DNA of 64,000 nt from Longimicrobiales bacterium (GTDB lineage Bacteria > Gemmatimonadota > Gemmatimonadetes > Longimicrobiales > Gaopeijiaceae): assembly GCA_965238005.1 (NCBI GenBank), contig OZ250165.1, positions 2,752,001 through 2,816,000 on the forward strand. The letters run 5' to 3'. This document shows positions 42,730 through 52,968 of this stretch, piece after piece. The notes below the pieces were generated by a model. It searched no databases. It was not told the DNA's origin and worked only from the letters and a program-made list of their open reading frames with translations. The translations under genes and the position numbers were made by a program. Position 1 is the first letter of the stretch; each line of letters opens with the position of its first letter.

Positions 42730-44682
42730 ATGAGTATGAAGAAGATCATTCTCAACGACCCAGAAACCCGCTCGGCCGATGTTGTAGCCGAGAATCTTGA
42801 ACATCTGAAAGTGCTGTTTCCCGAAGCGTTCACCGAAGGGAAAGTCGACTTCGAAGTGCTCCGGCAACTTCTGGGCGACGTGGTCGAGAAGCGCGAGGAG
42901 AAGTACGGCCTCAACTGGCATGGCAAGCGGCAGGCCCGGCAGCTCGCGCTGACACCCAGTGCTGGAACACTGCGGCCATGCCCGGAAGACAGCGTGGATT
43001 GGGACACCACCCAGAACCTCATGATCGAGGGCGACAACCTCGAAGTCCTCAAGCTCCTCCAGAAGTCCTACGCTGGGAAGGTCAAGCTCATCTACATCGA
43101 CCCGCCCTACAACACCGGCAAGGACTTCGTCTATCCCGACAACTTCCAGGACAACATCAAAAACTACCTCGAACTCACCGGCCAGACCGGCGAGGGTGGC
43201 AAGAAACTCTCCTCCAACACCGAAGCCTCCGGCCGCTTCCATACCGACTGGCTGAACATGATGTATCCGCGTCTGAAGCTCGCGCGAAACATGCTAAGAG
43301 ACGATGGAGTCCTCTTCGTCAGCATTGACGAGCGAGAAGTCGCCAACCTGCGAGCGGTCCTCGACGAGCTCTTTGGGGCGGAAAACGGTGTGTGCGAATT
43401 CGTGTGGCAGGCCAAGAAGGGAGGGGGTAGTGACAACCGTGGCGTTGTGTCGGAGCACGAGTACGTACTTTGCTATTGCCGGAACATTGATGCGGAGCCT
43501 CTCGGGCAGCTCACAATCGATGCGGAGCCGCTGGATCAGACGGACGCCAATGGACCCTATCGCCGTGGCCGCGAATTGAACAAGTGGGGTGCGAATTCTC
43601 TACGCAAGGACCGCCCTACGATGTTTTTTCCGATTCCTGGATTGAACGGCGTCGATGTGTTCCCTATCAGGAATGACGGCAAGGAGGGATGCTGGCGCTG
43701 GGGCAAGAAGAAGATCCTCCAAGCTGTGGCGGATGGCAACGTGGAGTTTGTTGCCAGAGAGAATGAGACCTATATCGCGTATGAGAAAATTAGATCCTCG
43801 GATGCCCGCAGGAAGCCATTTCGAACGTTGCTCACTGATTCTGGGCAAACGGCCGATGGCACAAAGGTGATCAAAGATCTCTTCGATGGCGAACGGGTCT
43901 TCGACTTCTCGAAGCCACTAGACTTGGTATCGGCATTGTTGACTATTGGAATGCCGCTATCAGATGACGATGACATAGACGCTGCACCGCTTGTGATGGA
44001 CTTCTTCGCCGGGTCTGGGACCTCTGGTCACTCGGCGATGCTGCGTTCTGCCGCTGACGGTGACTCCTCCTGCCGATTCGTTCTTGTTCAGCTACCCGAG
44101 ACACTGGACACCGACGATAAGGACCAGAACGTTGCTGCAAAATACTGCGACACTATCGGCAGGCCCCGCACGATCGCCGAACTGACCAAAGAGCGCCTGC
44201 GCCTGGCCGGGAAGAAGATTCGGGAGGAAAACCCAATGTTCGCGGGTGACCTCGGCTTCCGCGTGTTCAAACTTGCCAGCAGCAACATCCGGGCGTGGGA
44301 GCCGGACGGCGAGAAGCTTGCCGAAACCCTCGAAGCCTCTATTGAGCACCTCAAGACCGACCGCACGGAGCAGGACATCCTCTTCGAGCTGCTCCTCAAG
44401 CTCGGCCTCGATCTCACCGTGCCCATCGTTCAGCGCACCATTGCCGGTAAGGCCATCCACAGCATCGGCGGCGGCGTTCTCCTCGTCTGCCTTGCCGACT
44501 CCATCACGCAGGTTGAGGCCGAGCCCCTGGCTCTTGGCGTAGTCGCGTGGCACAAAGAGCAAGCCCCAGCTGGCGAGAGCACCGTGGTCTTCCGCGACAG
44601 CGCGTTCGCCGATGACGTGGCCAAGACCAACCTAGCGGCCATTCTCTACCAACACGGCCTCGAAAAGGTCAGCAGCCTGTAA
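42730..44682 (+). CDS. mod: Type III R-M methyltransferase
   Basis: IEGDNLEVLK, YIDPPYNTG, WLNMMYPRL, DFFAGSGT. Confidence 0.95.
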   Translation: MSMKKIILNDPETRSADVVAENLEHLKVLFPEAFTEGKVDFEVLRQLLGDVVEKREEKYGLNWHGKRQARQLALTPSAGTLRPCPEDSVDWDTTQNLMIEGDNLEVLKLLQKSYAGKVKLIYIDPPYNTGKDFVYPDNFQDNIKNYLELTGQTGEGGKKLSSNTEASGRFHTDWLNMMYPRLKLARNMLRDDGVLFVSIDEREVANLRAVLDELFGAENGVCEFVWQAKKGGGSDNRGVVSEHEYVLCYCRNIDAEPLGQLTIDAEPLDQTDANGPYRRGRELNKWGANSLRKDRPTMFFPIPGLNGVDVFPIRNDGKEGCWRWGKKKILQAVADGNVEFVARENETYIAYEKIRSSDARRKPFRTLLTDSGQTADGTKVIKDLFDGERVFDFSKPLDLVSALLTIGMPLSDDDDIDAAPLVMDFFAGSGTSGHSAMLRSAADGDSSCRFVLVQLPETLDTDDKDQNVAAKYCDTIGRPRTIAELTKERLRLAGKKIREENPMFAGDLGFRVFKLASSNIRAWEPDGEKLAETLEASIEHLKTDRTEQDILFELLLKLGLDLTVPIVQRTIAGKAIHSIGGGVLLVCLADSITQVEAEPLALGVVAWHKEQAPAGESTVVFRDSAFADDVAKTNLAAILYQHGLEKVSSL

Positions 44683-44691
44683 GCGAAAGCC

Positions 44692-47600
44692 ATGAAACTT
44701 CACTTAGAGCCCAACCTCGATTACCAGCTTCAGGCCATCGAGGCCGTCTGTGGCCTTTTCCACGGACAGGAAACCTGCCGAACCGAATTCACCGTCACCC
44801 AAGACACTGCCACTGGGCAAATGTCGCTGCTCGAAAACGACCTTGGGATCGGCAATCGGCTGACTCTTCTCGACGAAGAACTCCTCGCTAATCTGCACGC
44901 CATCCAACTCCGCCACGGCCTTGCCCCATCAGTCTCGCTCGCGTCCGGGGATTTCACCGTCGAGATGGAGACCGGTACCGGCAAGACCTATGTATATCTG
45001 CGGACCGTCTTTGAGTTGAACAAGCGTTACGGCTTCACCAAGTTCGTCATCGTCGTGCCCTCGGTGGCGATCAAGGAAGGCGTCTATCACACCATCGATA
45101 CCGCGGCGGAGCACCTCAAGGGGCTCTACGCGGGCGCGCCCTTCGACTTCTTCATCTACGACTCGGCGAAGCTAGGCCAGGTGCGCAACTTTGCGACCAG
45201 CCCGCAGATTCAGATCATGGTGATGACGGTGGGCTCGATCAACAAGTTCGGCGACGAGCAGCAGGCGCAGACGGAGGAAGCGGACGAGGCCGCCCGACGT
45301 GAGAAATCGAAGAACGTGATGTATCGCCCCAGCGAAAAGACGGGCGGGGAGAAGCCTATCGATCTGATCCGGGCGACGCGCCCCCTCCTCATCGTGGACG
45401 AGCCGCAGAGCGTGGAAGGCGGGCTCAACGGCAAGGGCAAGAAGGCCATGGAGCGGATGAATCCGCTGTGCAACCTGCGCTATTCCGCGACGCCGAAAGG
45501 GGCGCACCACATGGTGTTCAAGCTCGATGCGGTGGATGCCTACGAGCGGAAACTGGTGAAGCAGATTGAGGTAGCGGCAGCATCCGTGGAGGGCGGGCAC
45601 AACAAGGCGTATGTGCGGTTCATCGCGCCGGTATCCCGTGGCAAGAGCGTCGTGGGCGCCAGGGTGGAGCTGGACATCGCCAAGGCACACGGCGTGGACC
45701 GACAGACGGTCACCGTGGCACCGCTCGACAAGCTCGAAGAAGTGACCAAGCGGGAGATTTACCGGGACCACATCATCGGGCAGGACATCCGGGATGCCAA
45801 GGACGACAAGTTCATGGAACTCCGCTATCCCGGCGGCGAGGAATACCTCCGTCCCGGCCAAGCCTACGGCGACGTGGACGCGCTGGCTGTGCAGCGCCAG
45901 ATGATCCACCGCACCATCAAGGAGCACCTGGACAAGGAGAAGCGTCTCCGCCCGCAGGGCATCAAGGTGCTCAGCCTGTTTTTTATCGATGCCGTCGGGA
46001 AATACCGGCAGTACGACGCCGACGGCAACTCGGTGAAGGGCGACTACGCCCGCATCTTCGAGGAGGAATACCGTCGGCTCGCCAAGCATCCCGACTACCA
46101 GACCCTCTTCAAGGAAGTGGACCTGACCACCGCCGCCGAGGACGTGCACAGCGGCTATTTCTCCATCGATAAGAAAAAGGTCGGCACCAAGACGGTGGAG
46201 GTGTTCAAGGACACCAAGGGGACCACCCAGGCCGACGATGACACCTATGGCCTTATCATGCGGGACAAGGAGAAGCTGCTGAGCTTCGAAACCCCGCTGA
46301 AGTTCATCTTTTCCCACTCCGCCCTACGCGAAGGCTGGGACAACCCGAATGTCTTTCAAATCTGCGCATTGCGCGAGATGAGTTCAGAGCAGCAGCGACG
46401 CCAGACCATCGGACGCGGCCTGCGTCTCTGCGTCAATCAGAACGGCGAACGCCTGCGCGGCTTCGAGATCAACACGCTGACTGTGATTGCGACCGAGAGC
46501 TACGAACAGTTCGCCGAGAAACTCCAGAAGGAGATCGAAGAAGAAACGGGTATTCGCTTCGGCATCGTGGAGGCGCACCAATTCGCCGGGGTCACCGCCT
46601 CTGGAGCCGATGGCCAGCCTGCGCCGCTGGGCTTCAAGCAGTCGAAGGTGCTGTGGGAGCATTTGAAAACTGCGGGTCTCGTGAACGCCCAAGGCAAGGT
46701 GCAGGACGCGCTGCGGCAACAACTGAAGGACGGCACGCTGACCCTGCCAGAGCCGTTCGTTGCCCAACTCCCGCAGGTGAAAGAGATCCTCCGCAAACTG
46801 GCAGGACGCTTGGAGATCAAGAACGCCGACGAGCGCAAGCAGGTGAAGACCCGTCAGGCCGTCTTGCAGGGCGAGGACTTCAAGGCGCTGTGGGAGCGCA
46901 TCAAGTACAAGACCACGTACCGCGTCCAGTTCGACAACGAGGCCTTGCTCGCGACCTGTATCCAGGCGATCAAAGTCCCGAACTTCGCTATCACCAAGAC
47001 GCGCCTGCAATGGCGCAAGGCCGATCTCGCCATCGGGCGCTCCGGGGTAGACGCGAAGGCGACTGTTACCTCTGCCCCAGTGACGCTCGATGAGGGCGAC
47101 ATCGAGTTGCCCGACATCCTGACAGATCTCCAGGACAAGACCCAGCTCACGCGGCGTAGCATTCACCGCATCCTCGTGGACAGCGGCCGGCTCGATGACT
47201 TCAAACGCAACCCGCAGCAGTTCATCGATCTCGCGGCAGAGGTCATCAACCGTTCGAAGCGTCTCGCGCTCGTGGACGGCATTAAGTACCAGCGCATCGG
47301 CGTCGAGGATTACTACGCCCAGCAACTGTTCGAGACTGAAGAGCTAGTCGGCTACCTCAAATCCATGATCGACGCCAATAAATCGGTTCACGAGCAGGTG
47401 ATCTACCAGTCCGGCACCGAACGCACCTTTGCCGAGCAGCTGGAGATGAACGAAGCCATCAAGGTGTATGCCAAGCTCCCCGGTTGGTTCCGGGTGCCCA
47501 CGCCCCTCGGCCCCTACAACCCCGACTGGGCCGTGCTGGTGGAAAAAGACGGAGCCGAGCGCCTTTACTTCGTGGTCGAAACGAAGAGCGGACTCTTCAC

Positions 47601-47733
47601 GGATGATCTGCGTGACAAAGAGGAAGCGAAAATCGAGTGCGGAAGAGCGCACTTCAAAGCTCTGGCGGTGCGCGAGAGGCCGGCGAGATACACCGTCGCG
47701 CGCACGGTGGATGACGTGTTGTCTTCGACGTGA
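44692..47733 (+). CDS. res: Type III restriction endonuclease
   Basis: EMETGTGKT, DEPQ, SAT, LREGWDNPN, QTIGRGLR, YNPDW..VETK. Confidence 0.95.
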   Translation: MKLHLEPNLDYQLQAIEAVCGLFHGQETCRTEFTVTQDTATGQMSLLENDLGIGNRLTLLDEELLANLHAIQLRHGLAPSVSLASGDFTVEMETGTGKTYVYLRTVFELNKRYGFTKFVIVVPSVAIKEGVYHTIDTAAEHLKGLYAGAPFDFFIYDSAKLGQVRNFATSPQIQIMVMTVGSINKFGDEQQAQTEEADEAARREKSKNVMYRPSEKTGGEKPIDLIRATRPLLIVDEPQSVEGGLNGKGKKAMERMNPLCNLRYSATPKGAHHMVFKLDAVDAYERKLVKQIEVAAASVEGGHNKAYVRFIAPVSRGKSVVGARVELDIAKAHGVDRQTVTVAPLDKLEEVTKREIYRDHIIGQDIRDAKDDKFMELRYPGGEEYLRPGQAYGDVDALAVQRQMIHRTIKEHLDKEKRLRPQGIKVLSLFFIDAVGKYRQYDADGNSVKGDYARIFEEEYRRLAKHPDYQTLFKEVDLTTAAEDVHSGYFSIDKKKVGTKTVEVFKDTKGTTQADDDTYGLIMRDKEKLLSFETPLKFIFSHSALREGWDNPNVFQICALREMSSEQQRRQTIGRGLRLCVNQNGERLRGFEINTLTVIATESYEQFAEKLQKEIEEETGIRFGIVEAHQFAGVTASGADGQPAPLGFKQSKVLWEHLKTAGLVNAQGKVQDALRQQLKDGTLTLPEPFVAQLPQVKEILRKLAGRLEIKNADERKQVKTRQAVLQGEDFKALWERIKYKTTYRVQFDNEALLATCIQAIKVPNFAITKTRLQWRKADLAIGRSGVDAKATVTSAPVTLDEGDIELPDILTDLQDKTQLTRRSIHRILVDSGRLDDFKRNPQQFIDLAAEVINRSKRLALVDGIKYQRIGVEDYYAQQLFETEELVGYLKSMIDANKSVHEQVIYQSGTERTFAEQLEMNEAIKVYAKLPGWFRVPTPLGPYNPDWAVLVEKDGAERLYFVVETKSGLFTDDLRDKEEAKIECGRAHFKALAVRERPARYTVARTVDDVLSST

Positions 47734-47748
47734 GCGGGAACGGGGAAA

Positions 47749-47961
47749 ATGCGACCGAACGGCGAGTCACTCATCGGTTCTGCCACCGATCTCTCCAACT
47801 TCCTCAGTTGCCGCCACCTCACGGCGCTGGAGATGCCAGTGGCGCGCGGCAAGCGGCAGCGGCCGCACAGGCACGACCCGCTTCTTGACTCAGATTCGCC
47901 GATCATATGGCGACCCGGATCGCGGACCAGAGTGCCTGATGGTGAAGTGCGCGAACCGTAG
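47749..47961 (+). pseudogene. N-terminal fragment of TM0106-like RecB nuclease/helicase
   Basis: SATDLSNFLSCRHLTALE. Confidence 0.6.
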
Positions 47962-47970
47962 GATATCGAC

Positions 47971-48417
47971 GTGCCAGACACTGGAAATGTCGTAGCCATC
48001 TACCTCGCGCCCACGGCGGGAGGCCGTATAGTCTCGGTGGACGCCGCTCGTGCGGTTTACGGCCAGGGCCTCAAGGGCGACCGCTACGCTACCGCCGAAG
48101 GTACGTTCTCGCGACCGGGAGCCGCGGGACGCGAGGTCACGCTCATCGAGACCGAGGCGCTTGAAGCGCTCGAGCGCGAGTACGACGTCGCTCTCGGTCA
48201 GGGAGACAGTCGCCGGAACGTCGTCACGCGAGAGATCGCGCTCAATCATCTCGTCGGGCGCGTGTTCATGATCGGCGAGGTGACGCTGCGCGGAGTGAGG
48301 CTCTGCGAGCCCTGCGGACATCTCGAGAAGCTGACGCGGAAGGGAACGCGAGGCGGCTGCTGGCGTCGTGGAGAGGAAGATGGACGAGCTCGACGCCGGC
48401 ACGCTCCTGTTTCTTGA
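47971..48417 (+). pseudogene. MOSC-domain protein, C-terminally truncated
   Basis: GLKGDRY, REVTLI, RRNVVT, CEPC. Confidence 0.8.
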
Positions 48418-48595
48418 GGGAGCGACATCGGTCGTGTTCGACAACGGAACGACAAGGCGGGAATTATTTCGGGAGTCCTCTGCCCTTGCGAGGATCGTCG
48501 AGCTGAAGGACCTGCTCCGGTCCGCGCGGCCCGGAACGGCGATCGACGGGTTCACGACATGGCGTTCGAGCCGGCTTCCAGTGGGCGGATCTTGA
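48368..48595 (+). pseudogene. C-terminal fragment of a gene X paralog
   Basis: RIVEL.DL.RS..PGT.I.GF.TWRS.RLP.GG matches end of 15010-15945. Confidence 0.8.
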
Positions 48596-48770
48596 CCCCC
48601 GGACGGCGGGCGTCGGTGGCGTGCCGCGCGTGCACATCGACATCGGGGTGCTTGTGCACGGCATCGCCATTCCGATGTGCGCGCCGCCGATTCCGCATGT
48701 CGCTGGCGGCGTTGCGGTTGCACCACGGCCGCCGGACCGGCGATGCCGTTCCGGAGGGTGCGGCCGTGGC

Positions 48771-48860
48771 GGGAGCGACCCCCCTCTTTCGATGCCTGGT
48801 ACGGCATCGGGGAGGGTTGGATGTGCACGCCCATCCACCCTCCGTCGGGAGGTCGCTCCC
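48771..48860. repeat. Structured element, subtype X
   Basis: GGGAGCGACC/GGTCGCTCCC IR with two internal hairpins. Confidence 0.8.
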
Positions 48861-49069
48861 ATCCAGCAATCCCGTGCGGGAAGGCCATCGGTCACTTGGG
48901 ACGGGCGCGTCCCGGACTTGGCGGCTTGGGCTGTGGCCCGAGCCATCGGGGGTACCCCGGCTTTGCTCGGTGATGCCCGGTTGCCAGACGGCCGGCCGGT
49001 CGGCGAACGGGTGACCCGCCGCCTCGAAGCGGCGCTCAAACCGCCTTCCCGCGTAGGGATTGCTGGATC

Positions 49070-49156
49070 GGGAGCGACCCCAAGGGACGGGGGCAGGTGC
49101 GCAAACACACCTGCGTCCGAGCCCGCACCAGGCCCTTGGACTGGGGGGTCGCTCCC
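49070..49156. repeat. Structured element, subtype Y
   Basis: Homologous to 4087-4174. Confidence 0.8.
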
Positions 49157-49329
49157 CTCCACGTCGGTGCTGCCCAGTGCGGCACAGGCGGCCGGGTGGC
49201 AGCGACCGCAACTCCAAGCGCCCGCACGGGATAGGTGAATCCGGCGTCTGCGCATCTTCACGGGTGCATTGTGTGCATCGACCCCCAACGTCTCATGCAC
49301 GCTCCAGTACGGCACAAGGCGTGGGCTTC

Positions 49330-50304
49330 TCATCGGAAGCGTGCCCCCGCGAGCCGAACCGTCCGCCAGGTGTCGGTGCGTTGCATCAGCCCCCGCCCTG
49401 CCTGCCTGCGCGCCCGCTTCGTCAGCGCGACGCTGCGCTTCATCGCGGCCTGCAAGCCTCCGTACTCCATCAGGACCGGGACATCCCCCTTGATGATGGC
49501 CTGGTCGATAAGGTCGATCTCGCGGCCGATCCCGTGGTCGAATTCGGAGGGGCGGGGATCCCGCGCCCAGTTGGCGAGCACGGTCTCCGCCCGGCTGTCC
49601 TCCTCCGGTGTCCGGACGACGACCACGACCTCGATCCCGCAGCCGCGATCCCAGAGCGCCTTCCAGAGTTCGCGGTGCGCCGCGCCCCAGGAGCGGAGTG
49701 CCGTCGCTGTCTCGTGGCCCGGATCGAGGTAGACGAAAACGGCGCGCCGGGCGTCCAGCGCGACCGGCAGCCGGAGCGGGAAGTAGCGCCGGAGGTTCCC
49801 GGCCGCTCCCCGGTAGACCCGTTGGGGCAGGAGCGGGCGCTCGATGCCGAGCGCCTCGAAGGCGGCCACCTTCTCCGGCTCGGTCGCGAGCCAAGGCAGG
49901 CGGGAATGATCAAGCACATAGTCGAGCGAGAGCAGGCGCCGCATCAGCACTTCCGTGGAGGTGATCCGGCGGCGGCGGCGGTTCCCGACGCCGAGCGCCC
50001 GGTAGATCCGGCGCGCGTGGATTCGGCACACTCGACCGATGCCGTCGATGCCGGGCGGATCCTCTTCGACGGCCACGCCCTGCGCGACGAGGGCGCGGAC
50101 GGCGCGGCGCACCTTTTCGTGGTGGCAACCCAGAAAGCTCGTCCACTGAGCCCGAGTGAACACGCCGCCATGGAGACGGGCGAAGGCGATCCACTCGGCC
50201 TGACGGCCCGCCCAGCCAAATCCCTCGAGTGCCCGTTCGCGTCCCCGCAGGTGGACGATGGCTCCGCTCGCCGCCGAGTTGAACTGCTGCTTCAGCGTCT
50301 CCAT
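49330..50304 (-). CDS. Gene X paralog fused to start of HTH gene
   Basis: GRERALE.FGW.GRQAEWI, RRLLSLDYVL, RRYFP..LPVALD; starts METLK like 58400. Confidence 0.8.
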   Translation of the reverse strand: METLKQQFNSAASGAIVHLRGRERALEGFGWAGRQAEWIAFARLHGGVFTRAQWTSFLGCHHEKVRRAVRALVAQGVAVEEDPPGIDGIGRVCRIHARRIYRALGVGNRRRRRITSTEVLMRRLLSLDYVLDHSRLPWLATEPEKVAAFEALGIERPLLPQRVYRGAAGNLRRYFPLRLPVALDARRAVFVYLDPGHETATALRSWGAAHRELWKALWDRGCGIEVVVVVRTPEEDSRAETVLANWARDPRPSEFDHGIGREIDLIDQAIIKGDVPVLMEYGGLQAAMKRSVALTKRARRQAGRGLMQRTDTWRTVRLAGARFR

Positions 50305-50650
50305 GCCCCTAACGGTGAGGAGCCGTTTGCAAGGAAGTCAACCCGTAGGAAACCTCCTAAATGCCTGTGGCGTTCAGAGACGTTCAGTACGGTACAGGGG
50401 CTGTTGGACACCGCCGCCAGCGGCTTGCCAAACGCCCCGTCGGCCTTCGCCGAAGGCTCCGTCAATGGGTGCGGATCTCGACCGGACGTCGGCCTGCGCA
50501 CGAACGATGCTGGGAATCTTCGAACCGGAGTGCCGTGTTCCGGGTCTGCGGCAGTCCGCAGCCGCGTTACTGCGGCAGATAGCTTGGGCGGGCCTATCTG
50601 GACGGGTCACAGCCGAAGCCCTCCCCCGCTGCTTCGGCGGCGTCCGCCGG

Positions 50651-50790
50651 GCTGGCTCGGAGCACCTTACGGTGCAAGAGCCAGCCTACCCTTTGGGGCC
50701 ACGCTTCGCGGGTCCCCGGCAGGGGCTGGCAAGGGACTCCGCCCCTTCGATCCCCCCTTGAGGCCCGCACTCGGGCGGAGGTCACGGGCG
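50651..50790 (-). other. oriT-like region upstream of mob genes
   Basis: Minus GGGTAGGCTGGCTC; flank homologous to 790-880. Confidence 0.6.
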
Positions 50791-50817
50791 GCTGGCTCGC
50801 CCGTTCTTGTGTCCTAG

Positions 50818-51030
50818 CGGCGCGCCAAGGCCGCGGCAGCCGAGGTCGAGCACGAGCGCACCCGGCAGGTCGCGCGCATCGGCAACAACCTGAACCAGCT
50901 CGCGCGCTGGGCGAACACGCACGCCTCGGCGGTCGAGGCCGTCGCGGTGATCGCTAACCTCGTGTCGTTCGAGCGTTCGCTGCTCGCTGCCATGGCCCGC
51001 TTCGACGGAGATGGCGGCGATGCACATTAA
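50818..51030 (+). pseudogene. mobC: MobC/MbeC lacking N-terminus
   Basis: ERTRQVARIGNNLNQLARWAN; in-frame stop upstream; overlaps relaxase start. Confidence 0.8.
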
Positions 51031-52540
51031 GTGCCTCCGGCGCGGTAGGGGCTCGGCCCGGGCGGCGGTCGACTATCTCGTCGGCGAGCGGGACGCCGAG
51101 GGGCACAGGCGCGAGGGCGTCGAAGTCCTGCGCGGGAACCCGGACATGGTGGCCACCGTCGCCGACTCGCTGGAGTTCGAGCGCAAGTACACGTCGGTCG
51201 TGATCGCGTGGGCGCCGGACGACCAGCCAACCGACGCGCAGATCGGAGCCGTCCTCGACGAGTTCGAGCAGACGGCGTGGGCGGGATTGGAGCCGGACCG
51301 CTACGCGTGGACAGCCGTCCTGCACCGCGAGCGCGGGGGCGGCGTCCACGTGCACGTCCTCGCCGCGCAGTGCGACCTGGAGACGGGGCGCAGCCTGAAC
51401 ATCGCGCCGCCCGGCTGGCAGAGGACCTTCGACCCGCTACGCGACGCCTTCAACCACGAGCACGGCTGGAGCCGCCCGGACGACCCGGCGCGGGCCAGGG
51501 CGCAGCAGCCGGGCCACCTGGCCTACATCGAGGCGTCGAAGCTGCGGGCCGGGCTGGAACACGAAGCCGACCCGCGCGGATTGATCCGCGACTACCTGGT
51601 GCAGCGCGTCGAGCACGGCGCGGTCCGAAGCCGCGCCGACGTCGTCTCCGCCCTGGAGGCAGTCGGCCTTGAAGTGCCGCGCCAGGGCAAGAACTACGTC
51701 ACCGCCCGCGATCCGGACAGCGGAAAGCGGTGGCGGCTGAAGGGAGCGCTGTATGAGCATGACTTCCAACCCGAACGACTTGACTTCCCGGCTGGGCCGC
51801 CAGCTGGAGGCCGACCGCCGGCAGATCGAGGAGACGGCCACGCGCGAGCTCGAGCGGCTCGGCGAGAGCTTGAGCGCCGCCGCAAGCGGCGCGCTGCGTT
51901 CCATCGAGGCCGATACGGCGGCGGCGACCTCACGGGTGAGCGTCCTGCTGAGGCGCGCGTGGCTCCGGTCCCTGGTGATCGGCCTGAGCCTTTTTCTCGG
52001 TATCAGCGGCGGCAGCTGGGCGACGATGCACTGGTTGTCGACGAGCATCGAACGCCGGATCGAGACCTTGGCGACGGTGAACGTGCAAATAGAGCAGGCG
52101 CGGGAGACCCTGGCCGAGATCGAGGAGACGACCTGGGGCGTGACGCTGCGGGAGATCGGCGGGGAGCAGTTCGTGGTGCTGCCGACTGGCACGCTGGACT
52201 ACCCGCCTTGGACCGTGGGCGGGCGGCCTGCGGTGAAGCTGTCGAGAGAGTGAAGGAGCTATATGACCGAGCTAGAACGGCAGTTGACGAAGGCCTTGGA
52301 GAGGTTGTCCGCGCAGTACGAGATGGAACAGCAGCGGCACTCAGAGCAGGTCGAAGCCTTGGAGCAGCGGGTCGAGCAGCAAGCCGCGCAGAGCGAAACC
52401 TTGCGGCAGCAGGTCGCACAGCTGACCGGGCAAGTGACGCACTTGGCCCGGGACTACAGGACGCTCGCCGCGACGTTGCGCGGGCGCTGGAGCTGATGCG
52501 CCAGCGGAGCCGAGAGCGCGATCATGGTCCGAGCCGCTAG
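51020..52540 (+). CDS. mobA: MOBP-family relaxase, MbeA-like
   Basis: AVDYL, VLRGNP, YTSVVIAW, H...HVH, DLETGRSL, GWSRPDDP. Confidence 0.9.
   Translation: MHIKCLRRGRGSARAAVDYLVGERDAEGHRREGVEVLRGNPDMVATVADSLEFERKYTSVVIAWAPDDQPTDAQIGAVLDEFEQTAWAGLEPDRYAWTAVLHRERGGGVHVHVLAAQCDLETGRSLNIAPPGWQRTFDPLRDAFNHEHGWSRPDDPARARAQQPGHLAYIEASKLRAGLEHEADPRGLIRDYLVQRVEHGAVRSRADVVSALEAVGLEVPRQGKNYVTARDPDSGKRWRLKGALYEHDFQPERLDFPAGPPAGGRPPADRGDGHARARAARRELERRRKRRAAFHRGRYGGGDLTGERPAEARVAPVPGDRPEPFSRYQRRQLGDDALVVDEHRTPDRDLGDGERANRAGAGDPGRDRGDDLGRDAAGDRRGAVRGAADWHAGLPALDRGRAACGEAVERVKELYDRARTAVDEGLGEVVRAVRDGTAAALRAGRSLGAAGRAASRAERNLAAAGRTADRASDALGPGLQDARRDVARALELMRQRSRERDHGPSR
51753..52253 (+). CDS. MbeB-like protein nested in relaxase gene
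   Basis: Alternate frame, TM segment, TWGV motif; ColE1-like position. Confidence 0.75.
   Translation: MSMTSNPNDLTSRLGRQLEADRRQIEETATRELERLGESLSAAASGALRSIEADTAAATSRVSVLLRRAWLRSLVIGLSLFLGISGGSWATMHWLSTSIERRIETLATVNVQIEQARETLAEIEETTWGVTLREIGGEQFVVLPTGTLDYPPWTVGGRPAVKLSRE
52263..52496 (+). CDS. MbeD/MobD-like protein nested in relaxase gene
   Basis: MTELERQL..ALE.L coiled coil; AAGGAG RBS. Confidence 0.8.
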   Translation: MTELERQLTKALERLSAQYEMEQQRHSEQVEALEQRVEQQAAQSETLRQQVAQLTGQVTHLARDYRTLAATLRGRWS

Positions 52541-52968
52541 TGGTTCTCGGCAGCGAATCGGTTCCGCCATTGGCGTAGCGCTTGGCCGGGGTGGGCTACG
52601 GAAGCGATCCCCTCGACACGTCCGTCGCATCGACCTCCCGGGTCCCTTACAGACTCTCGTACGGGGGTTGTGGGTTGGCTTTTCATCGAACTCCGCCCGG
52701 ACAAGCCGCATAGTCTGCCAAGTGGCGCCGCAGCGGACCAGCCCCTTGCCTCTTCGTCATCAGCTTGTCCCTCCCCTCTCCTGGGAAAAAGTCCGATGAG
52801 CTGTCAGGCGCCGGATGAGTCCCGGCCGACCCGTTTGACGATGAGGTCGTCCTCGGTGCGGACCGCTTAGTGACAGCCAACGTGCCGACGGCGGCTGGCG
52901 CGGCTGACGAGATTCGAACAGCCATCGACGATGGCAGGCCCTATGGATTCGCCCAGGACCTGGCATTT

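Noticed and set aside
49060..50817. 585-aa plus ORF and other long R/P/A-rich ORFs across the window
   Set aside because: High-GC shadow ORFs overlapping better-supported genes
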